DNA of 64,000 nt, taken from NCBI GenBank assembly GCA_004431415.1, contig QPMI01000143.1, positions 124,001 through 188,000 on the forward strand. Direction: 5' to 3'. Positions 1-13,126 of this stretch are shown here, piece after piece. The notes below the pieces were generated by a model, which did not search any database, had not been told where the DNA came from, and was given only the letters and a program-made list of their open reading frames with translations. This stretch comes from Cyanophora paradoxa CCMP329. Lineage: Eukaryota > Plantae > Glaucophyta. The position numbers and the translations under genes were made by a program. Each line of letters opens with the position of its first letter. Positions within the stretch are counted from its first letter, which is position 1.

Positions 1-1464
1 GCGCGGGTCGCGGGCGCACGTCGCACGCGCGGCGGAAGGTGGTTTCGGCGGCGGAGCAGGCGGCGGCGTCGTCCCACCAGTCGGCCGGGCCGCCCCGCAG
101 GCCGCGCCGCGCCAACGCATCCCACGCCTCCTGCCCCCCGACCGCGCCGGTCAGATCCGATCCGATCAAATCAGCTCAGATCGGGGGGCGCGCCTCGCTG
201 TCGGGGAAGTCGCGCTCGAGGGAGTCGAACACGTCCTGCTCCAGCTGCCGCCCGATCCCGTCGAAGTCCCTCGCCATCTCGGCGAAGCGGAGTCGGAAGG
301 GCACGTCGCCCGGGACGGCGGCGGCGGCGTTGCGGTAGACGGCGCAGGGGACGGCGCCGGCGAGGAAGCGCCGCTGCGCATCCGAGCGCTTCGAGGTCTC
401 GCCCCGCTCCGCCTTGCGGAGGCCCAGGTCGTCCGCCCCGTCGCCCTCCCCGCCCGGGATCGCCGCCACGTCGATCGAGGCCGCCCCCGCCGGCCCGGCG
501 CCCCCGCGCCCGCCCTCGTCATCTCCGCCGTCGATCCCGAGGATGCGCCGCCGCTCCGCGACCTTGTACACGTAGAGCAGCTCCAGGCGGCAGTACTCGT
601 GCCACAGCTTCTGCGCCGCCGGGTTGATCCGCAGCGCCCGCTGCAGCAGCACTGCGCGGCGCCCGGGCCCGGGCGTGAGCGGCGGGCGAGGGAAGGGGGG
701 CCGGCCGGGCCGCACCGCGGGCGGTCTGGATGTTGTTGTTCGACTCGAACTCCCACGACGCCGCCGCGATCCACAGCCCGGGCTTCGTCGGGTGCAGCTG
801 CAGCGCGCTGCGGGGCGCGGCACGGCGCGGGTCGGGTCGGGCGGGGCGGGGTGCGCGGGCGCGCCGGCGGGCGGGGCGCGGCGCACCGCGCGAAGGTCTT
901 GCCGAGGACCTTGGAAGATCCCTGCTTGCGGCAGAAGTCGATGTACTGGAGCCAGAGGCGCACGTCGCCCTTGAACTTGCGCAGCGCCCGCTCGAAGATG
1001 AAGTGGATGCGGCGGATCATGCCGAAGTCGCCCGCCCCGGGCTTGCTCTCGATCTCTGCGGGTGCCGCTCTCACGCGCGCCAAGGCACGCGCGCGACGGG
1101 ACGCACGTAGGCGGGCTCGGCGGAGCGCGCGCAGCTCCTCAAGCTGCAGCTCGTACTGCGCGTAGCGGATGAAGTCGGCCTTGAGCGGCGCTCGTCGCCT
1201 CAGCAGGTACTCGAAGTTCGTCCGCTTCTTCACGATCGCCTTGATCTCCTCCTGCGCTCCGCGGACGCGACGTCAGGCGCGATCGCGGCGAGCGGTCGGG
1301 AGCGCGGAGGTCGACGACCGAGGCGGCCCGCGGATCGCTCCTGGGCCTTAGCTAGAGCACGCTGGAAGCCGCCGCGTACGCACCGAGCTGAAGATGCCCT
1401 TGCGCTCCAAGTCCTGCAGCTCGGGCACCATCTCTTCGAGGATCTGCTGCACTACGTCTCCCAT
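1..1464 (-). CDS. UTP6: U3 snoRNA-associated protein 6 (HAT-repeat SSU processome component), spliced; 3' end runs off the window
   Basis: ATG at 1464 gives MGDVVQQILEEMVPELQDLERKGIFSS. A GT..AG intron (1383-1252) is followed by EEIKAIVKKRTNFEYLLRRR..DFIRYAQYE..RIHFIFERALRKFKGDVRLWLQY. After further short introns come RALQLHPTKPGLWIAAASWEFE..NIQTAR and VLLQRALRINP..LWHEYCRLEL, all typical of Utp6. Confidence 0.92.
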
Positions 1465-2106
1465 CTTCGCTCCCGGTTCCCAAGTCCACGCCCGAGGCGG
1501 ATTTGAAGGTGCCGGCTCGCCGGCTTGCTTGGAATGCCCGGGTACGGCAAATTCTGCTTGTTGGACGAGCGGCTCGTATTCTCGCGGAGCCCGCCAGCGG
1601 AGCCAGTTCTGTCGCTCCCTGTCTCATCAGAGGAGCCAGCGTATTCGAAATCGAGCGCCTCGTTGCGGCGTGCGACGCCGGCGGAGCGCGACTCGCACAC
1701 TCGACCGGCCGCGGCGCGGATTCGCAGAGGAAGACCTTGTGCAGTGTTCAACATACAAAAATAGCGGCGGCTTCTCCCCGGCGGCACCCGGTCATGGCGC
1801 CGGCTTGAGATTGACCCGGCGAACGTCGGAGCTGACTCCGGGCGTACGCGTGCCCCGCAGCTCGCGTGAGCTCGCTAGAGGGTGAGTATGTGTGTGCGCG
1901 TGTGCACTTCGTGCCGTCGCGTCGGCCTCACGAACGCATCGTTTGCGCAGATTGGAACGATCAAATTCGACTGCAGCTGCCGAGCTCGAGCGCGGACGCG
2001 TGAGAGGGCCAGCAGTGCGCACCAACAGTACGTAGATTGTTGCTCGCTTGCTTCTTTGGGTTTCCCGGCCGGCCCGCTGACATACAGCGCGCATGTTTGC
2101 GAAGCC

Positions 2107-5100
2107 ATGGCCAGCTGCAGGCGCTGCCCGCGGCCGCGCCGGGCCGGCGCGCCGGCGCCCAGGCCAGAGCTCGAGCTTGGCGAGCTCGAGCAACCGATGA
2201 CCTCCTCTGAAGCTGAGAAGAGCCAGGACCTGCGACGCCTGCGCAGCTCCGGCGGCCACCGCATGCGCACCAGCAGCGCTGCAGCAGTTGCAGCTGCTGA
2301 TCATGTGCGCCTTCGCGGGAAGCTTCTCCTCCCGCGGCCGGAGGACAAGACACCGGAGGATGAGACAACATCGTCGGCTGCGAATGCGGATGCATATGAC
2401 GATGACGGTAGCGACGTGTCTGAGGAAGAAGAGGAAGAAAGTGAGCCGATAGGAGAGGTTTCTAGTGCTGCGGGCACTCGTGATCAAGATGCTGATCATG
2501 ATCTTGATGCCCGGGCGCAGTTCAGCTGATCCCCGTGGAAATGGATGTTCCAGGATCCGTTGGAGTGCGGAATCGGAAGATGAAGTTCGAGCCCGTTGTA
2601 CTGGTGTGCAGGAATCACTCCGCAGCCGCCCATACCAGTTGCAAAATCGCTCCTAATGCCCTTCAATCTAGGATGGCGAGCCAGCGCTCGAAGATAAAGA
2701 GCGCTTCGTGAAAGGATCTATCTTCCCTTGCGGACCCATGTGGATCGACACTTTCTCCCTGAGCCACGCCGGGACCATTTTGAAGGTGCTTTAATTTCTC
2801 CTTATTCCGCCCATATGCATCCTTCGAATTCACGCCGCCCCATGCACTCTCATGAGCAGCACCCGGATCACGCCCCTGACTTCGAACTGTGCGACAAGGA
2901 GAATGAACGAGATCTCCAGGCCTTCCTCACAGGAAGCGAGAAGGAAGGCGGTTGCGGACTTGGAGGAGAATCCCTGGCCGCGCTTTCTGAAACCGCCCGA
3001 GCCGCCGGGCTCACTCTGGCGCCCTGCAACATCCCTCGCCTTCTGCGAGAGACCCCGCTGCCATTGAATACGGAGCACCAGTACCCGCGAGGCTGCCAGA
3101 CTTACGCTGACGCGGTTCAGACGCCTCATGGGCTCGCCGTGCTTCATTGGGAGCTCGTACGGTGCTCCGCTTACTCTAATGTCATAATTTTCTAACTATT
3201 TCCTCATGCATGACCACACGAGGCAGGTTCCTGTCGGTCTGCTATGGCGGATCGGGCCTGGCGAGCTTCTTCGGGCCGCCGAAGGGGGGCAGCAAAAAGC
3301 GCTCCGAGTACGCGAGGTCGCTCGCGCAGGCGGCTAAGTGGGTGCGCGAGGAAGCGCACGTTTTCGCCTTCGAACATCTGCTGAACGAGAGCCGCGTCCG
3401 CGGGCCGGTGTGCTCTGCCGAGCTTTCAGTTCACTGTTAATGATGATCATGAACGAATGAGCGACATGCGCAGACGTGGAGGAGAGAGATCAAGCGTCGG
3501 AGCGGGGTCCGGCCGCTGCAGCTCCTGGAGATGGCGCAAGAGCGTCTGGGGCCGGAGGCGTCGCGCGAGATGACTCCAGAAGAAAAAGAGATGGTTCTAG
3601 TGTACGACAAAATCACTTCAGACTACATGGCGAAAGGCCACACGTGCGTTAGCGTTTCTTATAATTACACGCCCCTGGCCATGGTGGCCTTGAATTTCGG
3701 AAACATCGGGATTCGATTCTATTTGTATATATCTAATTTGTATGCGCAGATTCGTAGACAAGTGGGAACTTACAGCCTCACACGACAGCCATGTTCGGCG
3801 CTGTGCAATTCGCGAACTCCTGCAGAGAGGAGTGCTGGTGGAGTGCGAGGGGGCGTCGGGGGTCGCCCGCAGCGAGATCTTTGCCGCGGAGCAGCGCATC
3901 GCAGACGCCCTCTTCAGACACGAGGGGCAGTCCTCCTTCGCGTCCACGGTCTCAGGCCTTGATGATTCGATCTTTCTCGACGAATCGCCCTATCGCGAGG
4001 CGGATTTGGATGCCGCTGCGCCCTCTGCACATGCACACGACAGTGGCAGCTGCAGCTGGCTTGCAAGCGAGCTCCAAACGGCGCCCGTGACTCCACCTGC
4101 AGCTGTCGCGGTGCGCAAATTTGCGCTTTTCGTCGAATTCGCGCGAATCTTCAAATACGCATGAAGCCCTGGTTTCGCCATTCATGCGGGGGCACGCAGG
4201 CTGCCGAAACGGGGTCAGCATCTAGATCTGCTCCCGGTGGAAGTTGCTTGCTTGCCGAGGACGTTAGACATGTATCGGCTTCGGATCCAGATATCCCGGT
4301 GAAGGACCCGCCCATCAAGGTACCGGTGCACTTGCTCAGCAGCTCGTAACTTTATAATTACTTGAGCTTGGATGGGTTTAATTTGGTCAGGTCTTGCCGC
4401 AGGTTGTTAACTATAATAACTTGAGTTAATATCGATATCGCGCACGTGCAGGTGCCGGCCCTCAGGCCAGCTCAAAAAACAATCGTCAAGTCCATCCATC
4501 AGAACCCTATCACGGTGCGTTTAGCATCGTTTTTCGGTTGTTGGCCTTCCAAGCTCACGCGCGCGCGGCATGCGCAGATCATCAGCGCTGCCGCGGGATG
4601 CGGAAAAACATACCTTTTCATTGAATCTATGCGGCCGTTCCCGAAATCCCAACGGCAACTGATTTTGGCGCCGACTGGCGCAGCTTGTGTCACTCTCGAC
4701 TCCCGGTTCGCTTCGAAAATCTTTATCGCAATTGGCTGCGCATGCGTACACTAATACTATGACTGTTCCCGCAGGATTAAGCAGCTTGCAGAGCCGCTAG
4801 AGCCGAAGCCGGATATTCGGACCCTCCACAGCCTTTACGGTAAAATCCGCGAGACGTTTCGGAACATGCAAAACCAGCAAGAAGAGGATCCCGATTGCGT
4901 GCGGCCACAAAGATGCAATTGCAGGACCTGCAAGCGCATGGAGAGCCCGTGGGGCGATATCGTCGCGCTTTGCATAGGTGACTGCGCATGCGCACTAGAA
5001 CTCGGTCCTCTATAGCTTATAAAATCGAATCTTGAGCTCAAATATCAATGCATATGCCCCTTTGATCATGATTCTCGATCGTGATCACTCTCCATCTAAG

Positions 5101-7210
5101 CGATCGCTCAGACGAGGTCGGCCTGGCAGACATCAAGACCCTCGCTCGGGTTTGCGCCCCATAGCTACGTTTAGGTCTCTTCGAAATATTTATAATTAAT
5201 TTTCTTATTACAAATCCGGATCTAATTCCGGCGCGCGATCGCGATCCAAATCCGGATCTAATTACGATCGCGCGATCCTTCTCGCAGGTGCTCGAGGCTG
5301 TCGTGGAGAAGGAGATGCCCAACGGAAAGCGTTTCTTCCATGGCTTGCAGCATATCATTTTAATGGGTGATGTGAATCAGGTGCGATACTCTGCATGTAC
5401 AGTCGACGTCGAGCCTTCGATTCACAGATCGATATCCTGCTAACTACCGTCTTAATGTTAATAATCGCAGCTCCCTCCAGTGGGTCCCGGTGCCAGTCTT
5501 CGCGACTGCTGGATCGCTCTATTTCATCAGTACTGCCACAAGTGCGTTCTTTGAATAATTTGGCGATAGCTATCACAATTTTCGATCAGGTTTCTTTTCT
5601 CATATCGGAAATTTCATTATCAGGCTCACTGAAAACCTGCGCTCGCCTGACTGCGCGAGTCTTGTTAGGCTCGGCAACTGGACGCTCGATGTGCGCATCC
5701 CACCCCGCGCGCACCCCGCCATCCCCCACTTCGGATGTCGTTTTTACGATGCGCTGCTAATGGTCTCTCGGACGCAGCCGGGCGAGCAAGCGCCAGCGTT
5801 CGACAATAAGATCGAGATCGGGGACCCCAGGACCTCGTCTATCCCTACCTTTCCCGCCGAAGCGCGCGGCACTTGGAAGTGAGTCGAAGTCGATCTCCCT
5901 TCTTTGATTGATTAATATTGTACCTCACGCTCTACGGGCTCTTGCAGCGTGCAGTGGCCGTCCGAGACCGCGGCCTTGGGGGAGTCGCTCCTCCCGCTCC
6001 TCCGCAGCCTCGCACCCGTGCGCTTCAATCTGGACTTATGAGAATGGCAGCGGCCACGTAATTATATAACGTCAGCTAACATTAACGTGCAAATGTTCAG
6101 CATCATCTCAGCGACCCTTTCGGCTACTTGATCGTGGCTGCGACAAACAAGGTGCCCTGCCCTATATCTAGGCCTCCTGATCGTCACCTTAAGCTTGGGC
6201 GGCTCTCTTATGCGGGCCTTTGCAGACGGTAAACCAGGCGAACCAGGCCGCCTGCGAGGTGCTGCAGGCAAGGCAATGGAAGCGCGGGGTCTTCGCGCCC
6301 GGGGACAAGGTGCGCCTCTAGATCTAGATCTGCTGTCTCGGTCCGTCTCGCTCGGCATCTCAGAGCCTCGAGCTCGCAGGTCGTTCTCCGCAAGAACGAC
6401 CCCGGCGTGAAGGTTTTCAGCCTCGCCAAGAAGTACGCAACTGCAGAGGCTGCGCGCGACGCCGGCCGGACGCGGGAAGTGCCGGGCGGCACCGGCGAGT
6501 CGCAGCGCGAGGCGGGGGAGGTCGATGTACATGTCTTCAACGGGCGGCAGGCTGTGGTCATGGCGGTCTTCGACGGGAAGCTCAGCAGAACGGACGGCGT
6601 CGACGTCGTCGAGGCCGCGCAGCGCGATGCCGATGCGCGGGCCCCGGCTGTGTGGGAGCCGTGCGAGGGGGACGTCGGGATGGAGAACTGCGTCCTCGAA
6701 TCGACGGCGGATGCGCGGCGCCGGGGCCTCGCGCGCATGCTCGTGCGCGCCCGATCGCTTTCTTCGGCTTTGCCTCACGCGTCTGTCCAGGAGCTCCGGT
6801 TCGAGGGCGGCAAGCGCGCCATCTTCAAGCTCAGCACCCTCCGCCGCCACGGCCTGCAGCACGGTGCCCAGCTCCAGGCCATTCGGCGACGCGATCTCGA
6901 GCAGCGCGCCTAGGCCTGACGCGCTCCCTGCACTCGCAGCCTGGGCTCGAACCATCATGACGGCCCAGGGCGGCCAGGCCAAGGTATGCCTAGACGTCGA
7001 CCTGGCGAGGGTTTCGAGCTCAAGCTTCGAAACTGACGCGACGTGCATCCGCAGCTCGTGATGTTTGTGATGGAGCCCTGGCAGAACCAGCACGGCAGCG
7101 ACGTGTTCCTCAACCGGCGCGCTCGCCTCGCATCCAAAATCGAATATGAGATTTAATTCCTCCCACGTGGGATCTCAGGCACCACGCCTACACTGCAATC
7201 ACGAAAAAAA
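2107..7210 (+). pseudogene. Spliced RecD2-like superfamily 1B helicase, 5' part (decayed; interrupted by the viral island)
   Basis: Motifs occur in order across GT-AG introns: EIFAAEQRIADAL (~3875), Walker A IISAAAGCGKT (4578-4610), LILAPTGAA, DEVGLAD (~5111), HIILMGDVNQ|LPPVGPGASLRD (5350-5510), KLTENLRS (~5625), VFNG (~6535), AWARTIMTAQGGQ (~6940), HAYTAIT (~7185-7203). Frame disruptions are present and the start is approximate. Confidence 0.75.
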
Positions 7211-7283
7211 TGGTAAAGTGGGGCTACTGTCACCACATTGATTAATTCCCAATATATCAAACAATCCCAATCAAAATCCTCTC

Positions 7284-7453
7284 GATTCTCAGTCTTTACC
7301 AATCAGAATTCAACAAATTCTCAGTCTCTCAATCACAATTAATCGAAGTTATATCTTAAATCTTATTTATCGAAGTTATATCATAATCTCGATTAATTAT
7401 ATTTAATCGAAGTTATATCTTTAATCTTATTTATCGAAGTTATATCATAATCT
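7284..7453 (+). repeat. Left terminal inverted repeat of the outer element
   Basis: GATTCTCAGTCTTTACCAATCAGAATTC...CATAATCT is the reverse complement of 32405-32574. Confidence 0.92.
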
Positions 7454-7792
7454 AGGTTTAATCCTCATTGATTCTTTCATATAAAAATTATCTGATAATC
7501 TGAATGAAAATGGAGACAAATACAATTAAGAAGTTATAATAAAAATCTGGAGACAAATTACAAATTATCTGATAATCTGAATAAAAATGGAGACAATTAA
7601 TCGAAGTTATATCTTAAATCTTATTTATCGAAGTTATATCATAATCTCGATTAATTATATTTAATCGAAGTTATATCTTAAATCTTATTTATCGAAGTTA
7701 TATCATAATCTAGGTTTAATCCTCATTGATTCTTTCATATAAAAATTATCTGATAATCTGAATAAAAATGGAGACAAATACAATTAAGAAGT
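7335..7792 (+). repeat. ~200-bp duplication (258-bp offset) containing 8 ATCGAAGTTATATC motifs and a copy of the next ORF's first codons
   Basis: Motif at 7342, 7369, 7406, 7433, 7600, 7627, 7664 and 7691; ATGGAGACAAATACAATTAAGAAGTT at both 7510 and 7768. Confidence 0.88.
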
Positions 7793-8130
7793 TTTACTTT
7801 GATTGTGATTACAATGATCGAAAAATCGCAAAAGAGAAAGGAGCAAAATGGGATTATGAAATGAAACTTTGGTATACAGAAGATGCAAATAGTGATTTAC
7901 TGAAAGAATTCCAAACGATTAATGAAAAAGAAATTAAATACAGAAACGAGAAGATCTACTGCAAAGTTCAATTTAAAGATAATTTCGATGCAAAGTGTAT
8001 GGGACTCAGATGGGATCCTGTAAACAAAGGGTGGTATGTAAAAGGAATTCACCACAAAGATGTATTTCAAAGATTCAAACCAGTTACAAGATTTATTGAA
8101 TCAGATGATGGATCTGATATTAAAGCTTAA
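7768..8130 (+). CDS. Small protein with two DUF5710-like repeats
   Basis: 120 aa; YFDCDYNDRKIAKEKGAKWDYEMKLWY and YCKVQFKDNFDAKCMGLRWDPVNKGWY fit the 'AK..GA.WD...K.WY' pattern. Confidence 0.7.
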   Translation: METNTIKKFYFDCDYNDRKIAKEKGAKWDYEMKLWYTEDANSDLLKEFQTINEKEIKYRNEKIYCKVQFKDNFDAKCMGLRWDPVNKGWYVKGIHHKDVFQRFKPVTRFIESDDGSDIKA

Positions 8131-9209
8131 CGTTTAGTTAATCCACTTCTCAAATTATATCTCTTTCTCACTACTTTCTTACGATTTGGTTTTATTCCTT
8201 CTTTTTGGGAAACCACTCGATTCACATTTGTGGTTTTCTTTACCCTCTCAACTCTCTTTTGGGTTGGTATCTTTACGACAGCCTCTTTATCTACTTTTTG
8301 CAACTCATTTATTTTGAATTTCCTTCGAACTTCACGAACTGTTTCACCTTCATTATCCTCCAAGAGTTTGTATTTATTCTGAACTTTACCAGCCACCTTA
8401 AACACTTTCTCACTGAACCTTGCACCCTCTTTCTCGAAAACTCCCTTTGGATTCACAGCCCTCACATAATCTCCTTCTTGCACTGTTGGTAATCCCTCTC
8501 TCACATGCTTATTATGCAGTGAATCACGAAAGTAAACATACGATTCCTTTTCTTTATTTCCATACACAGCATTTGGAGAATCATTCTTCAGTGAACTGTG
8601 TGGACTGTTATTGTAAGTCGCCAACACATCTTCATAAACTTCAGTCCACTTCGAGTTCCCAGTTGACTTTATAGCCTTCCTTAAATACTGCTTGATTGTT
8701 CTTGTGAACCTATCAACTATTCCGAGTTTATCCCCAACTGTAATGTGGTCATCTTTTGCAATGTCTGTGTATAAAACCACACCATTATCCTCACACCATT
8801 TCTTGTAAATATTCCCTGAAAACTCCTTATCTCCGGAAAGAGCTTGGACTGTTCCAGCTTGGCTTTTAAATTTGTTTAGAATCTCAATCTTCTTCTCATC
8901 GTTCTTCTCCTTCCCAGTGACCATTTTGAAAGGAAATATAAAACCCTTCCTACTCAAAATATCTACGAATACTAGCATGCGATCCACACCATAGTTTGCG
9001 GTCTTATAATCCTTGAAATATATAATATCAACCTGAAAAGAATTGGGTGGGGCTACGATTCTAAGAAACGATTTCGGCTTGGTAGGCTTCTTGAAAATCT
9101 GATTCAATTCACTGTTTTTAAATCTCTTTTTCAATTCATCCTCATCAAACTTTACACCCTCATTGATTAGCTTTTGTCTATATTTTGTATAGCTCAATAC
9201 CTGCTCCAT
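8127..9209 (-). CDS. Retroviral-like (rve) integrase, outer element
   Basis: 360 aa; FQVDIIYF, FVDILSRK, LSGDKEF, GIVDRFTRTIK, YNNSPHSSL, GDYVR..FEK..FS. Confidence 0.9.
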   Translation of the reverse strand: MEQVLSYTKYRQKLINEGVKFDEDELKKRFKNSELNQIFKKPTKPKSFLRIVAPPNSFQVDIIYFKDYKTANYGVDRMLVFVDILSRKGFIFPFKMVTGKEKNDEKKIEILNKFKSQAGTVQALSGDKEFSGNIYKKWCEDNGVVLYTDIAKDDHITVGDKLGIVDRFTRTIKQYLRKAIKSTGNSKWTEVYEDVLATYNNSPHSSLKNDSPNAVYGNKEKESYVYFRDSLHNKHVREGLPTVQEGDYVRAVNPKGVFEKEGARFSEKVFKVAGKVQNKYKLLEDNEGETVREVRRKFKINELQKVDKEAVVKIPTQKRVERVKKTTNVNRVVSQKEGIKPNRKKVVRKRYNLRSGLTKR

Positions 9210-9270
9210 GCTTCGCTAAGGCTTGCTTGCTTGCTGCTTACAATAAGCAATCAATTTCTTTAACCTAACC

Positions 9271-12214
9271 TTAGCGAGTTCTGTAATGCCCAATTGCAAG
9301 GGTATTAACCTTATCCTCACAAAGATACCTCTTGGTATCAAGCGCATTGAATGCCCTCTTTTTCATTTCAAGTGTTGATACCTCGTGGTTTTTTGAACGA
9401 ATTCCCCTTACTGTAACAGGATCCTGCTCTTTCCCCATGACAGTATCATAGAAATGCTTATACTCTAATTTGTTTTTAACTACACATCTCTGGATTCCCT
9501 TCAACCTCTTTACAGTATCTTTCTTTACATCTTCTTCTGTAGCATTCGACTTCTCTTTTAACAAATCCTTCAACCTTTTAGCAATCACTTTTTTCACATC
9601 TTCTTCCAAACCAAGAGCCTTGACATTCAAATCCTTCAAGTACGAATATGCCTTTGGTTTGTATCCTGCAAAGTCAGTAACAATCAAATCACCTGCATCA
9701 TCTTTAAAGACACCTGGAACCTTCTTATTTTTAGGATTGTAACTAACATGTGATGGGCTGTAATCCGATTGATCAAACACATGGGAGTCAGAATTCATGT
9801 CCTTGTATAGATCCTCAGTCTCAATAATGTAATACAGCGAATCTGTGTCAGTCATGAGAAGTTTTGCTTTCGATCCATACTTCTTGCGAATGTAATCGTA
9901 ATGGAACTGATACATGACCAGTTTTGATAAATCAAGGATCGCCTGACCAACATAGATTGGTTTATCGAGAAGAATAGTTCCACGATACATTTCAACTGCT
10001 GTAAGGTTCTCGGTGATGATCTTAACCTTTTTCAGTAGAGGGTTTGCATTCAGTTTCGCCTGCTTCTCTGGGTTGTGGCAGAGTTTGATGTTGCTACGAT
10101 TCCGGACATTCTCCATGGTTTTTCCATACACCGAATTATTCATGAGCTTGTAGAAATCCTTATCGAAATCATTTTGTGCCTGCTTCCTTTTCTCAGTATT
10201 GAAATCAATGTAAGGTTTCAACCAAGCCGATTGTTTGAATTCAATCCCTCGATGGATCTTCTTCACAATCATACCCTTTGATACATAGTATTGCAGATTC
10301 TTGATGTGAAGAACGTAGTTGTGTTTGTTGTTCAGATTGGGTACCAACTTTCGGTTTCCAGGAAGCTTTTCTTCACCAAGCATTTCAAGTTGGGAAGGTG
10401 ATAACATGTCCTCAGTTACTACCATAGATTCAGGTGCTAGTGGGTAATCGCTATGCTCATCATGCAAATGATCTGGATACTCCAAATCAACCTCCAATAA
10501 TGCCCCAGTTTCACCATCAGCATCAAATTTCATGTAATCAAAGTCTTCAACGTTATCGATCCATTCGAAGTCACCAATAGGTAACTTTTGACACATAGCA
10601 AATCCATACAAATTGTTGGCATCCCATGTGATGATGTATTTTATTGGCTTTGTTGGATCAAAGTTCTTCATGTATGGATTGTTAGCCTGAGCATTCCGCG
10701 TAGTTATCATCGATATTCCACCACGAATTCCAAGCTCGAACATACGATACATTTCATCATCATCAATGTTTTCGAGAACAACCTTTGTAAGTTTCAACAT
10801 AGCATTCCAACTGAGATGTGGAGCTGAAATGAAATGGATAGGATCAAGTCCATAATCTTTATAGCATCTCTGTCGGAAATTGTGACCAAACACATCAGCA
10901 AGAAGGAACACATCGGTTTCAAGGTAGATCTTCATGTAATCTCCAAGTGTCTTGCAATCAAATGCATCCCACACCTTCTGACAATGCTTGTAGTCACTGT
11001 CGCTAATTTCACGATCATTAAGCTTTGAGAAGAAAGCCTCTTTGCTGGGAAGTTTAGTTTCGCTGAGTCTATCAAGGCAATCCAAGTAATCATAAGGGAA
11101 GAATCCCTTCCTCATCAGGAGTTCTCTTTGGATCTCCGTAATTGTATGCTTGTCACACCATTCATTGGTGTATTTATAGTTGTCTCTGTGACCGAGATTA
11201 CTAGCAAGTTTGTCAAGACTTTCTTGCATGAAATTCAGGGAATCAACGAATTTGTAGCTGTTAAAGTCGAAACACTTGAACTTCTCGAAATTCTCAGCGA
11301 TACAGCGGATCTCTTTTCCTGGGTCTGCATGCTCACCGAGAGCTTTTAGAATGTAGTGTCCATCATACCCTTTCAGATTGTGGAATATAACAGGAATTTT
11401 AGGGTTAACCCTTCTTCTCAGGTTGCATTTATCGCAGGCAGCCCCAAGATATTTACCTGTGGTATGATCATGATCCCTGACTTTCTTTGTAATGAAAACC
11501 TTACCCTCTTCGCCATATTTAACGAATTGATCCTCGCAAATGTAGCAGCATGTGGCTTCTTTGAAATTCATTTTATCATATCGATCCATCTTTATTGGCT
11601 CGACCTCTCTCACCTTTTCAAGCAACTCAGCCTCCATATTTTTGAGAGTTGTCATGAAATGATTGATTACCTCATCATCGTTGTTTGGATCTTGTTTCTG
11701 GTAGAGGACTTCTCTTAAGATCTTGTCCTTATGCATGATCATGATTTTGTAAGCGCAAGGATGTGCTTTTGGTAAATTTCGGTGTTGATCTCGTTATTAT
11801 TTGAATCGTATTTAACACCTTTCTCATCAACACGAGTCACAACACTTTCAACAGATTTCAGGAGACACTCGAAATCAGCAACTGCAAACATCGGATGCCA
11901 AACTGTTTTGTCTGCATTTCTCTGTGGATCCCACATAATACAGCTTCCTGCTTCAGGCATCACATCAATAGTTGCTGTTGGTCGTTCATAGCATCTGCTT
12001 AGTCTAATGTGATTATCGAGGATCCTTTGACCTGTAAATCCCTTCAAGCAGCATTTACAGAAATACTTCGTTTCCTTGTGTGAGCTTGGAATGAGTCTCG
12101 ATAGACTTGAAATGAAGCCATAATGGGTGTTCTCCCCATCACTCCACATCAAAAGGTCAATGGTCTTGTGCTGCTCTGCTGGGTTCTTGTTCACATGGAT
12201 AGGGAAGACTCGTT
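9271..12214 (-). pseudogene. Protein-primed family B DNA polymerase, C-terminal portion (split by the nested insertion; 1-nt frameshift near 11759)
   Basis: ExoI VADFEC, EndoVII-like CYIC..RDHDH..GAACDKCN, ExoII FHNLKGYDGHY, KGFFPYDY, motif A DANNLYG, motif B KLMNNSVYGK, motif C TDTDS, KGI. Joins ORFs 11739-12194 and 9271-11742. Confidence 0.93.
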
Positions 12215-12618
12215 AGCTCAGCACTGCGCCGTGTCTCCAAAAAAATACCCGCGAAAAAATCAAAAACAAATCAGAAAACAAACCATTCCCAGTAACCCAA
12301 TCTTGAATATCAGTAAATCTCAGTAAGCCTCAGTAAGAAACATTGAATTAATCGAAGTTATATCATAATCTCGATTAATTATATCTTATCGAAGTTATAT
12401 CTTTTTTATGCGCCGTGTCTCCAAAACAATTCCCAAGAAAAACAAACCATTCACAGTAACCCAATTCCAAATCTCACTAAATCTCAGTAAGCCTCAGTAA
12501 CAAAAATCGAATTTATCGAAGTTATATCTTAAATCTTATTTATCGAAGTTATATCATTATCTCGATTAATTATATTTAATCGAAGTTATATCCTTTTTAT
12601 CCGCCGTGTCTCCCATGA
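12215..12618 (+). repeat. Left TIR of the inner element (404 bp)
   Basis: Reverse complement of 25720-26123 with very few mismatches; internal ~190-bp repeat (CGCCGTGTCTCC three times) and 5 ATCGAAGTTATATC motifs. Confidence 0.95.
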
Positions 12619-13064
12619 ATAACTAAGTAAGTTTAGTTAAAACCTCGAAAGAAAAACCTCTCATTTTTTACTGTATTTTTTGAACGATTTTTTACTGTAT
12701 TTGTTACACTAGAAACAACAATAGAAACGACAATAAAAACAATAGAATTTTAATTGTTTTTGAATCGTATATACGTCAATATATCACTGTAATATATATC
12801 ATATATATCATAGGAAATCGATTTATAGTCAAACCTATAACATATCAATTTGTGTATATGTGATATATATTCATATATGACGTCATGATGATGATGTATA
12901 TGTATCTGATATATATGACACACCGGCTTATTCGGGAGATCATGACGATCACGGCGATGTGTATATTGTCATGATGTATATGTATATATGTGTGACGCAA
13001 TCTGATTGGTGTGCTACTTGTTTTGTTGTATCCCCCTTCAACTTCTCCCCAGGTTTATATCACA

Positions 13065-13126
13065 GATAACATCTCAGATAATACCTCAGATAATACCTCA
13101 GATAATACCTCAGATTATATCTCAGA
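13065..13126 (+). repeat. 12-bp minisatellite (GATAATACCTCA) x5
   Basis: Read directly; the same unit recurs at 15492-15527. Confidence 0.9.

Noticed and set aside
7342-7705. CRISPR-like array of 14-bp repeats
   Set aside because: The intervening 13/23-bp sequences are themselves repeated, and the first half of the array lies in the TIR.
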